Assembly (NCBI GenBank): GCA_963744715.1 | Contig: CAVUUR010000007.1 | Location: 104,770 to 168,769 of the forward strand | Length of the DNA: 64,000 nucleotides | Reading direction: 5' to 3' | DNA from: an uncultured bacterium | GTDB lineage: Bacteria; Babelota; Babeliae; Babelales; JACPOV01 | In this document: piece after piece, positions 62,562 through 64,000 of the stretch | Position numbering within the stretch: position 1 is the first letter of the stretch | Layout: the number at the start of each line of letters is the position of its first letter | Position numbers and translations under genes: made by a program | Notes under the pieces: model-generated | Databases searched by the model: none | What the model saw: only the letters and a program-made list of their open reading frames with translations | Told to the model about the DNA's origin: nothing

Positions 62562-62575
62562 TAAGCTTTTTTTGC

Positions 62576-62610
62576 AATAAGAGAGGGATTTCCCCCTCTC
62601 TTATTTTTTT
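62576..62610 (+). terminator. Intrinsic terminator
   Basis: AATAAGAGAGGG...CCCTCTCTTATT followed by a T-run. Confidence 0.85.
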
Positions 62611-62680
62611 GCTTTGTTTTTATTTTCTTTACACAATCTCTTCAGTAGCTTGTAGTATGCACTAAAAAAAGGATACTATT

Positions 62681-63184
62681 ATGCTAAAAAAAATAAGTTT
62701 TTATTGTATACTAATGCTCTGCAATAAAAATTACACGATGCAATCCACATCTCAATTACCAGAAAAGATAGATCATCAATCAGATACAATCGTGGAAGTT
62801 AATTCATGGGTAAATGCAGTTCAGGCAATGGTGACACAGGCAGATACTATTTTAATGACTATGCGCGGTGACGTTAATTGGATTAATCAACCAAACTTAC
62901 AAACAGCATCTAACCAATTGGTTCAACGTTTTTCTCAAACGCCCCAGTATAAAGAATTAGTGCAAAATCCTGATGACAGCAAAACCTTTTTGACCTTTAA
63001 AGAGGTTTTTTTTACGGAGGTGCTTTCTCCTATTTTTCTCAATAATGTTAAGGAAGAGTCATATGCAGACTATCTCAAAACTATCTGTTTGGCCAATATC
63101 GCTCTAAAAAATAATATTTATCAAAAAGAAGAATTACAAAACTTGAATGCCCCAGAATATTTTGACATAGATCTACAAGACTAA
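62681..63184 (+). CDS. Hypothetical exported protein
   Basis: AAGGA RBS; signal-peptide-like N-terminus. Confidence 0.7.
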   Translation: MLKKISFYCILMLCNKNYTMQSTSQLPEKIDHQSDTIVEVNSWVNAVQAMVTQADTILMTMRGDVNWINQPNLQTASNQLVQRFSQTPQYKELVQNPDDSKTFLTFKEVFFTEVLSPIFLNNVKEESYADYLKTICLANIALKNNIYQKEELQNLNAPEYFDIDLQD

Positions 63185-63204
63185 AAAATAAAATATTAGC
63201 ATGC

Positions 63205-63236
63205 GTTGTTTACCGATAACATTACCGGTAAACAAC
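63205..63236. terminator. Hairpin between convergent genes
   Basis: GTTGTTTACCG...CGGTAAACAAC. Confidence 0.7.
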
Positions 63237-63244
63237 CTTTAATT

Positions 63245-64000
63245 TTAATCACGACGTAAGATAAAAAATCCACCGAGCGCTGCAAGAATAAGTGGCAATG
63301 AATATACAACACGTTCGAATGCTGTTGTTCCCAACAAAGACCAGCTATAGATGATCGAAAGCACTATAATACGTTGATCCAAGAATTGCTAATGGCGTCT
63401 TATAATAAGCACATTTTTTTCTTTCTTTAAAACAACCAATGATAACAAAGGTAAAAGAAAAGAAAGAACGCACCACATTGCACAACCACCAACGATGGAA
63501 ATATTAGGGATGAACATTGTTGATGAGAAAAATTACAATCCCCTGTACACAATGGTTACCCATGGTCTATTAATCTATTGACACCAACTCGCTGACCAAA
63601 ATGTGAATAATTTTTCTTCTCCATCGCATGTAAAATGGTAGCATTCCCATTAATCATTCCATTGGCTCCTGCAAACAAAGCAAGCACCGATGCCACGGGG
63701 ATGAGAACACTCAACAAATTTTTTAAATATGGTATAGGCAAGGTAATAAATAAGACAAAGTGCGGCGCACCCAAACGAGCAAGATTTTCCGAGCCCATTA
63801 CATTAAGTACCCCAAAATGGAAAAGGGTATAAATAACCATGGTTGTCATAAAACCTATTAAGAGCACACCAACGCATTACGCTGGCTGCTTTTTCAAATT
63901 ACTCATGCTCCAAGCATTCTCAAAACCAAAATAACCAAAGATGGCGAACGGTAATGAAAGTGGCAGAAAACTCAATTCTTGAGCAGTAACCGTAAAAGAA
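63245..64000 (-). CDS. APC-family amino-acid permease, 3' part, multiple frameshifts
   Basis: LPFAIFGYFGFE motif near 63920-63960 and hydrophobic segments across frames. Confidence 0.7.

Overview
AT-rich bacterial chromosomal segment. The gene content points to an obligate intracellular parasite of protists, most likely Dependentiae (Babelota/TM6); this placement is inferred from tandem ATP/ADP-translocase-family transporters, ankyrin proteins, a cPLA2-like lipase and many short signal-peptide ORFans. Housekeeping genes include xerC/D, mrdA, rpsB, lon, mgtA, arfB, tsaC, folC-like, atpI/B/E, cysK, fadD, tmk, holB, dciA, murG, cmk, recJ, vanX, ltaE, rsmA, mreB, glmU, sbcD and PBP1A. RNA genes are tRNA-Ser(GGA), SRP RNA, RNase P RNA and a degenerate tRNA-Ser(CGA). 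Best candidate for an undescribed system: a signal-peptide polymorphic toxin with an unrecognised N-terminus and an EndoU RNase tip, followed by three paralogous immunity genes interleaved with inactivated toxin tips (38.5-42.5 kb). Other highlights: an archease-RtcB-ThpR RNA-repair operon enclosing two ankyrin/F-box-like secreted proteins, a four-hairpin fused ATP synthase c subunit, a FolC-like protein with an AT-hook-like insert, and an RNase P RNA lacking P18. Several genes (lon, cmk, ltaE, rsmA, last 2 kb) carry clustered single-base indels that look like assembly errors. No CRISPR array, IS element or prophage was seen.
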